Source of the DNA: Fistulifera solaris
Lineage: Eukaryota
Reading direction: 5' to 3'
DNA length: 64,000 nucleotides
Assembly: GCA_030295235.1 (NCBI GenBank)
Contig: AP026127.1
Span: 558,001-622,000, forward strand
Below the pieces are notes generated by a model. That model did not search any database. It was not told the origin of the DNA and saw only the letters and a program-made list of their open reading frames with translations. This document shows, in pieces, positions 51,015 to 63,384 of the stretch. The first letter of the stretch is position 1, and each line of letters begins with the position of its first letter. The position numbers and the translations under genes are program-made.

Positions 51015-51290
51015 GAAAGCTTTGATTGCCAAAAAGTGATTGTCTTCCGCATCGGATCATCATCACGACGGTAAAACTTTGTCTTCCAGATATTTACTAT
51101 AGGCCAAAGTGAATATTACTTTTGCCACGACTGCATTCCACTCATTACTTCTTATGAATTCATTTGCTCCCCGCCGTTTGCGTGTACCAGGTACAGTATC
51201 AAGTTTTCTTTTTATTGCTTGGTACCTACCACTGTTGATCCTCATGTCCAGTCTATTGTCACTTGATTAAGACGTCGGTATAGAGACACT

Positions 51291-51874
51291 ATGACGAAAA
51301 GAGGACCCGCGATGAACGCGAAGACAAGAAGGATGATGCTTATAGAAAGGCCTACGAACGCTTCAGCTATACGTCGGTGCCATCAAATGCCTGTCTTGGT
51401 TCGCCGCATCGCTATTTTGAATCTTCTTATATCGTTCGGCCGACAAACGACAATTTGCTTCAAACCTTCTCAAGTATGCGAATACATCGGCATGCGAACA
51501 ATCTGTGTGTTGTTACCGTTGGTAACTTGATTTCGGACAAAATCATTGAAAGCGTTCAGTTGCATCACCAGGAAGCACCTCCGTCGTCGGCCGGGAACAA
51601 ACGGAAGCAGCAATCGAAACTATTACGAGGAAAAGAAACTTCTGCATCAGGCATCGTTCGACCGGATGATATTCTCTGTACTATAAAAATTTCAGATCAA
51701 TCGATTATTGAGGTACCGTGTGCTGTTTGGGGGACGGTGGTTGAAGTTAACTCAGCTTTGGTTAACGACTGCGCCAGAATAAAACATGATCCCCTTTTTT
51801 CGGGATACTTGGCAGTAATATTGCCCACAGGTCCGTTCCCTCCCCCGAAAAGGATAGTGGAGGAGTCAAAGTAG
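51291..51874 (+). CDS. Abitram/FAM206A (GcvH-like fold) protein; 5' frameshift likely
   Basis: HRHANNLCVV, VPCAVWGTVVEVN, DPLFSGYLAVILP. Confidence 0.75.
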
Positions 51875-52044
51875 AAAGAAGGATCCAGAATCGTCTTTCT
51901 TATTGTTTGTAAACATTAAAAAAGGCCGCCATGAGGATTGAGAACCATGGACGAATCTAGCTTTTCAGCTCATCATTATCAATACGAGTCAAAGTTTGTT
52001 TTTATAACTACAAAGATTCATGTTTTCATCCCAATCCCTCGATC

Positions 52045-53740
52045 TTAAGCGGCATTATCTGCTTCTCTCTCTTCTCTGTACTTCTTCATGAGTTCTTCTT
52101 GAATATTTCTATTCACCTGAACATACTTCTTGTACTCCATCGTGAACTCTCCTTTACCTTGTGTTTGACTTCGTAACTCTGTCGAATAGCCAAACATGTT
52201 GGAAAGAGGAACGTCGGCTAGAACTTTGATGCCGCTTCCGTCTTCATTCATATCGCTACTCATAATCAACCCCATTCTTCGATTGAGAGCTGCGACCAGG
52301 CTCCCTGGAACTCGCTTGGAACATTGACTTCGACTGCCATCACAGGTTCCAGAATAGACGGGTTGGCCTTTCGCATGGCGTCACGCACGGCGTTCGCCAT
52401 GCATGTTCGAAACGCCATGTCCGAGGAATCGACCGCATGTGCAGCACCATCTTGGAGCACAACTCGGACTCCTTCGACCTCGCAACCTACAAGGGCGCCT
52501 TCCTTCATAGCATCAAAAGTTCCCTTTTCACAAGATGAATAATATTCAGGCGGAATGTTTGTTCCAACGCATTCGTTCTCGAAAGAGTTGACTTTACCAA
52601 GCTCTTTCTTTTCCTCGTCACTGATTGGCTCAATGTATCCAATAACCTTCGCATATTGACCAGCACCACCAGTTTGCTTCTTGTGGAGCCATTCGAATTT
52701 TGAAGAGAACCAATGGTTTCCTTGTAATTCACATTGGGTTGTCCCGTAATGCATTCAACACCATATTCGCGATTCATTCGTTCGATGTAAATTTCCAAAT
52801 GAAGCTCGCCCATTCCACTTAAAATTGTTTCTTTTGTATCATTGTCAACTTTGACACGAAGAGTCGGGTCTTCCTTTGTGAACTTATTCAGGGCCTTGGC
52901 AAAGTTGTTCTGCATCGTCGATTTCGCCGGTTTGACCGAAAGTGACATGACAGGTTCCGGGATGAACATTGTACTCATAGCCAAATCCAAGCTTCCATCC
53001 GAAAACGTATCCATCGATTTACAGTCAATTCCGAACATAGCCGCAACTTCTCCAGCTCCAGCTTCGGTAATGTCTTCCATTTCATCGGAATGCATACGCA
53101 CAATTCGAGCAAGCTTTGTCTTCTTTCCCGTATCAACATTGGTAATGTAGCTTCCTTTCTTTAGACGACCTTGATAAACTCGCATATATGTAAGTTGACC
53201 GAATTGAGTCTCATTTAGTTTAAAAGCGAGAGCTAATAGAGGGTCGTCGTCTCTCCCTGAAACGAGCACGGGCTCCTCATTCTTTGTGCGATCTAAAGCG
53301 TAGTTTGCCTTTTCCTGAGGCTTTGGGAGATAATCAATAACTCCATCTAACAGCGGCTGCACTCCTTTGTTTTTAAATGCAGATCCCATGAATACAGGTA
53401 CAAACTAGAAGCAAGAAGGTGAGAAACGCGTATATAAATAGCCCCCAGAATGACAGCCTTAGTTTTCGTCGTGACAAATACAGGTTGATCCCATACCTTA
53501 CAAGTGATAACGGCCCTTCGGATACCCGCCTTCAACGTCTCAATATCTGGTACCTCTTCCATAAGAAAAGCTTCAGCAATTTCATCATCAGCATCGGCTA
53601 AACGTTCCAACAATTCCATTCGTTTCTGCTCGACAAGATCGAGCAAGTCCTCCGCAATTGGGCCTTCCTCAACAATTTCACCGCGATCACCCTTAAACGT
53701 GTATTGTTTTTGTTCTATCAGATCAATAACGCCTTCGTGG
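52045..53740 (-). pseudogene. GFM1: Mitochondrial elongation factor G lacking the N-terminal part of the G domain; one intron and frameshifts
   Basis: [55 protein letters not shown]; homology stops at HEGVIDL. Confidence 0.8.
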
Positions 53741-53904
53741 CTGGCTTTTGGTGTTTCTAGGCGCTTATCAAGTCGATACCTGCCGAGCTGGCGGCTGGCG
53801 ATGAAATTCTCACTTCGAAGGATATCTTTTTTGATATTGTAAGACAGAGCGCTTGAACCACATCACCAAAGAAGGGAAAATGCACAGCTTTTTAAAGACA
53901 CTGA

Positions 53905-54447
53905 TCAATTTGGACTTTGTCCTGACGACTCACTTCTTTCAGTCTCGTCGACGGAACTATCGTCAAGCAATCCTCCTTCTGCAGTACCTCGACGCTTCTT
54001 CGACGGCACATAGGGAGTGTGAAATATTTGAAGGTTGGCCAACGACGGGTAGCCACGTGCGGGTATATCCCTTTTCCGGATGCGGCGCCCGTTGCAGTCA
54101 AATTCGTCATCGAGGCGGTCCAATCGTTGCGCCAATTCCGTGTTCCTAGCCTCCCGCAGCGATTTGCGAAAATGATAGGCCGTAAAGCAATTGGGATGAA
54201 AGGCTTTCTGACACTTGGAACACTCAGTTCTTACTTTGTGCTCCTCTCCTGTACCTTCTATCTTTCCAAGTCGTTTGCAAAGGAAACAGTGCGCGCCGGA
54301 CGTTGACGTTTCTACGATGTAGCAAATGTCTTCGAGGACAATGACGTCGAGCATGATACGGATGGGACCGATCTCCTGCTGAAGGTCCGACCTCTTTGCC
54401 TTGCCTTGTTTCGGGGAGCTCATTTTGTCTGTCAAATAACACGTCAT
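53905..54447 (-). mobile_element. ORF with a piggyBac-type C-terminal Cys-rich zinc-finger; probable transposon remnant
   Basis: CFLC-x15-CSKCQKAFHPNCFTAYH; no DDD catalytic core or TIRs visible. Confidence 0.5.
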
Positions 54448-54913
54448 TATTTCTTTCTTGAGGTTTGAACTTTGCAGTTATCAGCATCAGCATCATCTCT
54501 CTTTTCTTACCAGGTATTCATTCTTTTTGGCGGAATTTTTTGACATGAGACATGAGAGCAAGCCGGCCCCGGATACTTAGTACACTCAGGTCGGTATTCT
54601 CAATCCTACTCTAGGTAATAGTGTATACTTATTCACGAATCTTGTACAATTAAACCGATAAATAGTATCATTGCTTAGGGAGTCACGCGAGAAGCTAAAC
54701 TTAATGTCCGGTACTCAGATGTACACTTTGAGTAACGTGTTAGTTTCTACGGAGCGCCCCTCAGACGAAGAACGACAACCGCATGTTGTCACGACGTGTG
54801 TGTGCGCATTTGATAACAATAACATGTTGTCGTTCAAAGGGTTCATCCTTTTCTTTTATCAGCGAAAGCTACTCCTTTATCTTATTCAGCTGAGCAATTA
54901 ACAATTCAACAAT

Positions 54914-57069
54914 ATGCTTTGGCGATCAGCGTACGTCGCGACTCTTTCTGTTGGTATCTCTACGAGCACAAGCTCTGCCTTTGCCCCCGTTCATGGTGAC
55001 AAGCGGTCGCAGCAGAAAGCCCCCTGGATCAGCGAACTATCTGTCGGCGGACTCGGATGGGATAATGACGATTTTCTTGAATCGCTCTCAAAAGGAAAGG
55101 ATGCACAAGCACAAGCGAATGAGCGCTATCGCTCTATGAGTCGTTTTCCTGTCGAAGATGATTTGGACCAGGAAGTGACTGCCGGAGCCGAGCTCACCGA
55201 AGAAATGAAAGCAAAAATCAAAGCTTCGCGTGAATCAGAGGAGTCATCACAAGGTGGTGAAATGTTTCGCAAGCTAATGGAGCGAGCACAAGAAAACAGC
55301 CGCGCCGTGCCTCCACCTCGTGCTCCGCAGACACCGAGTTTCGAAAACATGTCAGTCGAGGAACAAGCACGCATGTTCCGTGAAATGATGCAACAGCAAC
55401 AACAAGGCGAATATTATCCGCCACCGCAGCAAAGCTATGAGCCTCCTCAGGTCACGAGAAATTATATGGGCCCGGGTGTTGCGGAGGACGGCCGAAAGAT
55501 CGGACGCAATCGAGACGCCGACGCCATTGTCAACAGTGCGGACTTGTATTTTGCTCAATTGAAGCGTGACTCTTCGGTTCGTAACATGGCACGATATTCC
55601 GGTGATGATGAATACGCGAATCAGGTGTTTGCTGATCCGAGTATCAAGGAAATTTCGATGCACGTGAACCCTTACATGGAAAAGAAAAGCTTCTAGTCGA
55701 CACTTCTCCTGATGAAATGATCTTGCCTACGATGTTTTTAAATGATAGACAAGAACAAGACGAATCGTACGCTGGTATTAGCTACAAAGAGAGAATGATG
55801 CAAAAACGCAACAAGAAAATGGGAGTAGACACAACAACCGGTGCTCCGTCCTCTCCTGCTCCGGCTGCTGTACCAGAGCCGCCGAAAATGGAACCTCTCC
55901 CCACGGCTATAGCGCAAAACGAAGAGCCTTTCGTTTCGTTTCCTCCTCCACCATCACCAAAGGTGGAATCTGTAGTAGCACCTGAACCTGTGCGCGAAAT
56001 ACCTGTCGCGCCCCGTCCGGCACCCAGGGTTCCGCAAGTCACAGGTGACTTTCACAAGGACACGCGCACCTTAATGGGTTTAACGTTAAAGCACAGAGGA
56101 GGACCGGGATTCGGATCTGGCAGATTGCGCGGCGAAGAGGTCCAACGATACCAAGAGCTAGCTAGCAATCTGATGAAAGCCCTCCAAAACGAACAGCCCG
56201 CTGTCTCCGCTGAAGCAAGTCGCCAACCGAGCACTCCACAGTCAACTGCTCCCCCAACGCAGCAAGAGATGAGCGAATCCCCCGATCGCACCAAGTCGAT
56301 GGTATCACTTATCGAAGGCGCTGTTCAACTGTACAAGAACAGTCCTCCACAATTGCAAGAAAGCATGCTCGGAGCTGTTCGTGCAGCACTGTCGTCAGCT
56401 GTGACGACTTGTAACGAAGTTCTTCAAACTGAAGAACAGCAAGTTTTCGCTCCGATGGGATCTTCATCGGCATCAAACAGCGATCGTGCGGCATCGATGA
56501 TAGCTTGTGTCGAAGGAGCAACGTTGATGTACAAGAATAGCCCGGTCGAGCTTCAATCGGCTGTTCTTCCCACACTCCGAACCGCGCTTCTCTCGGCCAT
56601 TGCTTCTTGCGACTCCATTCTTGCGAACGATATAGTCGAACCGGTCGCGGCAACACAACAAACGTTTGCAACAGCACCCACAGCTACTTTTGAAGCACCT
56701 AGCATGGCTTTCGAAGAGAAATTAGACACTTCTTCTGTTCATGTTCCTACTGCCGTCCCTGAGCCCGCTTCTAACCTTAACACGGAAAACTCAAAGATTC
56801 TGGAAGGTATTTATTATAAGCTACAGAGAGCGAGCGGTGGGGGTAAAATGGGTCTGCGAGAAGACCTCTCTCCAGATGAGGCCGACGACCTCGCTGATGA
56901 TTTGGTCCAAGTGAGACGCATCTTGGTGGACGAGCTCAACGATGTTCCATCGCCCTCATCATCACCTAAAGTTTCAAGTCCCACAGATGAACCCTTGAAT
57001 CCATCTATTTCAAAGTATCAGGAACTTCTTGCGAAAGCGAAGTCATCGAAAGAAGCAAAAGATCAATAA
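54914..57069 (+). CDS. Plastid-targeted protein of unknown function, paralogue A; frameshift near 55680
   Basis: SSA-FAP cleavage motif; core RKIGRNRDADAIVNSADLYFAQLKRDS; KHRGGPGFGSGRL; two helical repeats. Confidence 0.8.
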
Positions 57070-57299
57070 TCATTTATGCTACATACTTGTGTTTGTCTCT
57101 AGTCACTTCTAAAGGATTCTCGTTATTATGTTTTCTGAGTAAGGTTAGAGAGAGCTCGTGACGTGGAACTCGCAGCGCGTCTATCGCGTCATTATTATTC
57201 TCAAACGTACACCACCGCCATTCTCGTAAAACTTCATCACAGTATTATTGACGTTTAATAGTAATCGACCATTGCTAGAATCCTTTTCTGCAAATCAGT

Positions 57300-58625
57300 A
57301 TGCGCTTGCATTTCCATCATGCTCTTCTGGGACTTGTAGGCGCATCGCAAGTCTTTCAAGGGTGCGCCTTTTCCGAATTGCGACCTTACCGCTCACCAGT
57401 TTCTCGTCGTGTGGCAAGCGCGGACGACTTTGAAGATCTGAGTGATGGCTACACCGATGGAGCGGAGCTGACCCCGGAAATGAAGGCCAAGATCAAAGAA
57501 TCGCACACTTTGGAGGAGGAAGCATCACAGGGTGGCCAAATGTTTCGGAAAATGATGGAACGAGCTCAGCAAGGGGGAGGAATGAATCATCGCCCACGCC
57601 CGCATCAGCCCGTGGCCCCGTTTCCCAGTCCACCGATGCCAGCAACAAATTTTAACAACATGTCAGTTGAGGATCAGGCACGCATGTTTCGTGAAATGAT
57701 GCAACGACAACAGCAAGGAGGATACGCTTCACAGCCAACGTATCAGCCTCCACCCCCTACTCCAAATTATCTGGGGGCAGGAGTCGCACCCGATGGACGG
57801 AGAATCGGACGCAACCGAGATGCTGACGCGATTGTGAACAGCGCTGACTTGTATTTCGCCCAGTTGAAACGCGATTCTTCGGTTCGAAACATGGCACGAT
57901 ATTCGGGCGATGAGGAATACGCCAATCAGGTCTTTGCCGATCCAAGTATCAAAGAAATATCGATGCACGTGAACCCGTACATGGAACAAGCGAAAAAGGA
58001 AAAAGACCTTGTCGAAACGTCGATGGATGAAATGATTCTTCCTTATATGTTAGTTGAAGAGGAGAAACAAGACCCTACCTCTGCAGGTGTGAGGTACAAA
58101 GAGTTGTTGAAGAACAAGCGTAAGAAATCTTCGTCTGAGCCAACAAACAATAGGGGTAGTCTTGATAGCGATTCTCGAGCTGCGACATCGGAGCAAGATG
58201 AGACCTCCGTCTCCAGTCACTCGGTTAACTCGCCCAATACCTCTACATACGAGCAGAAGGCCGCCACGGCTGAAAGTGCGTTCTCCGTTTCTGATAGTAT
58301 CAATTCACTGATTCTTGCTATGGAAGGAGCGATCAAGGTTTACTACAACGTGGACGTTTCCGCTCGATCAGTCGCCCTAGTTTCAGTGAAGGAATTTCTC
58401 TCACAGCTGGTGGCTCTCGCTGTCCAGAACGGAGCAACCAAGCAAGTGAATGTACCAGTGCTCGAGGAAGAATCATTGATAAAGATCCTGGAAGCACTAG
58501 TTCTGACATTCAAGAACATTCAGCCCGAGGCCCGACTTACCATGTTGCTTTCATCACAAGTATTGATGCAATCCGCACTCGTCTCCTGTGAATCGAGGCT
58601 TGGCAGTGTGGCGCAGCTCACTTAG
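57300..58625 (+). CDS. Plastid-targeted protein of unknown function, paralogue B
   Basis: Signal peptide plus GCA-F; same core as paralogue A. Confidence 0.82.
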   Translation: MRLHFHHALLGLVGASQVFQGCAFSELRPYRSPVSRRVASADDFEDLSDGYTDGAELTPEMKAKIKESHTLEEEASQGGQMFRKMMERAQQGGGMNHRPRPHQPVAPFPSPPMPATNFNNMSVEDQARMFREMMQRQQQGGYASQPTYQPPPPTPNYLGAGVAPDGRRIGRNRDADAIVNSADLYFAQLKRDSSVRNMARYSGDEEYANQVFADPSIKEISMHVNPYMEQAKKEKDLVETSMDEMILPYMLVEEEKQDPTSAGVRYKELLKNKRKKSSSEPTNNRGSLDSDSRAATSEQDETSVSSHSVNSPNTSTYEQKAATAESAFSVSDSINSLILAMEGAIKVYYNVDVSARSVALVSVKEFLSQLVALAVQNGATKQVNVPVLEEESLIKILEALVLTFKNIQPEARLTMLLSSQVLMQSALVSCESRLGSVAQLT

Positions 58626-58778
58626 ATGCCAAAACGAAAAATCGAACCCCCTAGTAGAATAAATTAGAATAATTAGTAGGCAAGTTACTGAGAATCGCGA
58701 TAGTACAACGTTAACAATTTAGCAACACATAGCCGCATTTTTTACGATATTGTGAATTAGTTTTTCTTTTCTAATTAG

Positions 58779-58854
58779 TTGGAGTTGACTTAGATAATGT
58801 TGAAAACCTTTTTCAGTTGGAGTCGACTTAGATAATGTTGAAAACCTTTTTCAG
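58779..58854. repeat. 38-bp tandem duplication spanning the eIF5B stop codon
   Basis: TTGGAGTYGACTTAGATAATGTTGAAAACCTTTTTCAG twice. Confidence 0.9.
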
Positions 58855-61833
58855 TTTCACAACTAATCGCCAATCCTCATTTTCAAGAGCGTCTTTGAAA
58901 TTCTCTTTTAGAGCATCAATGGAGGCGCGTGTCAATGTGGAATACAACATATTTGAAGCGTCAAATTGCCTGCCGTACGTTATGTTTGGGTTGCCCTCGT
59001 TCACGATTCTCACCGCCACAGATGATCCCTTTCGAGCGCTTTGTTGTTCACGCCCGTTACTTTCAATCGAAGTAACTTTACCAACATGCAAGCCGCCCAG
59101 AGCAGGCACGCAAAGAGGCGTGCCAAGTTTGAGGATACCTTCTACGACCTCTACACCGACGATAATCGGATCCTTTTGATTAAAGATGTGTTGCGGCAGA
59201 ATCTTGATTATGCTGGGGAAAACAGCCACGGCCGCTGCTTCTTCCTGCCGACGCTGCTTCAGCTCGTCCATAAAACGTGTAAATTGATCAAATAAATGAT
59301 AAATAATGTCTGCCGTCATGATTCGCACATTCATTTCTTGGGCGTATTCTCTGGCCTCCCTTTCGACGTCAACATCAAAAGCAAGAACCGTCGCATATTC
59401 GGGATGGCCTTTTTCATTCATGATTGAAATCTTCGTGATGTCGCGTTTGTGGATGGTACCAATACCGATGGCACTTACTGGAATCGGCGGTTTTGTGTCT
59501 TCACGAAGGAATTGAAGCAAAGCTTCCAACGCTCCCAATGTGGACGCTTGTACAAGAACCCCAGCTTTTTCTGTGCTAAGCTTTCCTTTGAGCTTGGTTA
59601 GATCAGACATAACTTCGGCTTTGATGTCTTCTTCTTCATCGTCTGGACCCACAACCATGACGGGAGTACCGGCCATTACCTTATCAAGGTTATTACCAAT
59701 TACTTTCACTCCCAAAGCACCTTTCACTGATTTGTGGTGAATGTATTCAGACTTAATGCGCATTTCTCTACTGGGTGGAGGCGTCAGTAGACCACGAATT
59801 TCGGTGACAATAGGGCCATCAAGTGTACAAAAAACGGCTTTGTCACCTTCTTTCAAATGTCCATTTACGACGAGAACATCGACTGTCATCCCTAGGCCAT
59901 CAATCGCTTTTACTTCAAGGACTGTGCATTGAAGGTTTGCATGCCACATCAGCTTTTTTCTTCAAGCTTCTTTTGCGCCATCTGACACAAAAGAAGCAAC
60001 ACGTCTTGAACTCCTTCACCGGTGACAGCAGAAGTAGGGACAAGAGGAATGAAATCTGAATTCGACCAATCATCGTCGCCCATTTCCCAGTACAAATTGG
60101 AGTTTACTCCTTGCTCCTGCAACTGAACTTTAGCATCGGTAGCTCGACTGCGGAATTCCATCAGTGTTCCTTCATCCTGTCCTTTTAAAGCCTCTCGAAT
60201 AGGAGTATCTTTAGCTGTCTTCCAGCCATAACATCGATCTACCTTGTTTAAAGCAACAACAAACGGAACGCCTCTCTTCCGAAGCATTGTCAAACTCTCG
60301 ATCGTTTGTTGTTCAAGACCGTGCATCAGATCTACAACAAGGATGGCGACATCACATAGCGAAGACCCGCGAGATCGTAAGTTCGTGAAAGACTCGTGCC
60401 CAGGTGTATCAATGACAAGCATACCGGGTACTTTGAGCTCGACCTTCTCTGTTGCGTTCAAGCGGGCCGTCTGCGTCTCCAGTGTTTTCTTCTCGAAATA
60501 GGTTGCTCCAATCTGCTGAGTAATACCACCAGCTTCACCTTCTTGAACATTCGTCTTTCGAATTTTGTCTAACAATTTTGTTTTTCCCGTGTCGACGTGC
60601 CCCATGATAACAACAATGGGACAGCGCAAATCGTCTGGTGAACGAGCTTCAAGATTGCGCTTCTCCATTTCAATTCGTTTACGCTTACCCTCTTCACGCT
60701 TTTGAGCTGCCAATGCTTCCTGACGATTGAGCTCTTCCTGTTCTGCTTGCAACTGTGCTCTCTTTTCAGCTTCAATGCGTTCACGCTCGGCTCTTTCGAT
60801 ACCGAGCTGCTTGAGTCGCTCTTGTTCTTTCTTCTTTTCTAATTCCATAAGATCAAGGTCTTCGTTTTCTATATCCACCTTCTGTAGCCTAGCAGCAAGA
60901 TCATCGAATTTATCGTCCTCATCATCGCTGACATCCCAATCGTCGCCTGAATCATCTTCAGCATCACTTTTCTCCTCATCACCGCCCTTCACTTCTTCTT
61001 GCTTTTCTTCTACAGCATCCGCTGCGGTCTCCCAATCATCTTCATCGTCAGCTTTCTCCAACTCTTCTTCCGTGGGCTTTTCTACTGCTTCTTGTTGTGG
61101 AGCCTTGGCCGGACCTTTTTTCTTTTTGCTATCGTAGACGACTTTTTGCTTCACCGCTTCTTGATTGGGGAGCATCCCAGCAGCTTTCATGGCCTCTAGT
61201 CGTTGTTCGGCCAGCTTTTGCTTCGCCTTCTGCGCTTTAGTCATGTAGGTTCCCTCTTTCTTTTGCTTGTCAATCTTTTCCTGTTTCTTTTGCTTTCGTT
61301 TCTGACGCTCCTCTTCTCTCAAACGCTCTTCTTCCGCCTCTTTGGCCTCAATCTCTGCAATACGACGTCGCTCGGCTTCTTCCGCCTCTCTTATTCGTTC
61401 TTCTTCCTCTCGTTGCTTGCGAAGCTTTTCCTGAATGAGTTTACCTCGCGCCGATATCTGATAAAAGAATAAATTGTTAGACAACGCTCTTGGATAAATT
61501 GTGTCTGCAACACCTCAAACTTACCTTTTCTTCTTTCGGCTCGGCTGCTCCAGCGGGTTTCTTCTTCTTTTTCTTCTTTTTGTTTTTACCTCCTTCTTCA
61601 CCATCTTCCGTATCGAGGAGACCTTGTGCGGCAAGAAAGGCAGCAGCTGCATCCATGACGGGCGGTTTTTCGGGCGCTTCATTCTTTGTTTCTACAGCGG
61701 CTTCCTCTACCTTCTCAACCTTTTGTTCGGTCTGATTGACTTGAGCCTCCGCTTCCAGAATGGCATCCCAATCATCGTCGTCCGCCGACTGGCTGGCCTT
61801 GCCTGCTCCTTTCTTCTTATTCGCTTTTACCAT
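58828..61833 (-). CDS. EIF5B: Translation initiation factor eIF5B; one intron (~61458-61524), frameshift near 59952
   Basis: [59 protein letters not shown]. Confidence 0.96.
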
Positions 61834-62243
61834 GATATCGCGGTTTATCTCCTATTTATCCACTTCTTCTGTATTTTTAATTGAAAACAAAAGGAAAACT
61901 AGTCTCTATGATTAGTCTTTTGCGTGTCAACAAGACGAACTTGTCGAGTTCAACATCAATGAGTGCGGGCTTGAATCTCTGTGCTCAATTTTTGTGGACG
62001 AGAAAAGAGCACACGGCTGCATTTTTGCGGACGAGGTTTTTAGTCATGCGCGATCGGGACTCACGTCACTAATATGATCCGCCTCAAGACGCAAGGAAAT
62101 AACACCATCAAGATCGTCTAATCCAGAGACGAAGTTAAGTTTTAGCAGTACTAATCAAAGCGTTCTGTTCAACAAAGAAAACATACTTGCGTTCGCGCGC
62201 ACAGGAAGAAACAATGTAAACGGTTTTTTATATTTTCGCACCT

Positions 62244-63125
62244 TTACAGTTCGTCCTTGCCGGCCGTTACCTTTGCGTTCAAAATATTGTCGTACCCTTC
62301 TTTCACAGCTTCCTTCCACTTTTTAGGATCTTTTACAATATCTTTCATGTCCTGCGAGTCAAAAGCATCTTTCAGCAAGGGATCATCGTTGAATCCTCCC
62401 GCTAGGAGCTTCAAACGCGCCTCTTCGATCTGGTCGTCCGACATATCGCCCATCATTTCGGCCAATCCTGCAAACACACTTTCAGGATTCTTCATAAGTT
62501 CGGCAACATTTTGCATAGCGTCTGTTGCGTATTTCAGATACTCGGGGTTAGTGAATACTTGTTGCATTTCCTCAAACGATTCTCTCATTTTTAACTCGAA
62601 GTAAGCGTTGTCTGTTTTATAACGAGCCAACTCCTCCGGCGGCACCGCTCCGGACGCTTCCAGGTTTTTGATGACATCGTCTTTGTTCTTTAGAACTTCA
62701 GTAAGCATGTCTCCTTCTGACAACATTTTCATGGCTTCGGCCATTTGCGCTTGTAGCTCTTCCGGTGTCATTTTCGACAATTGCTCCATCGCCTGTTCAT
62801 ACTGCTTCAACGTTTCTGGATCGTTAAAAGCTTCGGCGAGCATTTGGGCCATGTCATCGGCATCGGCGCCCGCAGTGGCTTGCGCGGCTCGGTTTTGCAG
62901 ATCTTGAAACTTGGTTCCCTCTTGTTGCCGACGATTTCCTCCGACACCGAATTGAGCACATACGGGCTGAAAGAAAAAGCGTCAGATTGTATTCGAAAAT
63001 ATGATGAAGGAAGTACAAAGGGGATATTGGATGAGTACATCAACCACTTAGAAGCTGCTATCGGAACTTACCGAGAGGAGAAACAAAGCCGAAAGGCCAG
63101 CAAAATGCACTAATCTTGTCCACAT
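62244..63125 (-). CDS. ER-lumen protein with STI1/DP-like Met-rich helices and KDEL; one intron
   Basis: Signal MWTRLVHFAGLSALFLLS|PVCA across a GTAAGT...TTTCAG intron; NDP/NPE motifs; ends KDEL. Confidence 0.8.
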
Positions 63126-63384
63126 ATTATTACTACGTCTTCTGTTTCGCGCGGAATAAGGCTTCCTTTTGTATAAGAGCAATAATTCGACTATCAAGAA
63201 GCCTACCAGGTATACTTGATCAATTAATTGATAATGACAACAAATAAAATCGAAGTCGGACAAGAAACACAAAAAGGTTTGAGTTCCGCGTGGCGATCGC
63301 AATCACGCGAACTGCGCTGAACTGTCGGTCGGTCGCACAAACGTTCGTAGTGGGGTGTTTTGTCTTTTATGTTGTCTTTGTCAC

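Noticed and set aside
1..62000. Frameshifts in many genes (midasin, eIF5B, bestrophin, SASA and others) as programmed frameshifting or mass pseudogenisation
   Set aside because: They are single-base indels, often in homopolymer runs, and hit essential genes; sequencing or assembly error is far more likely
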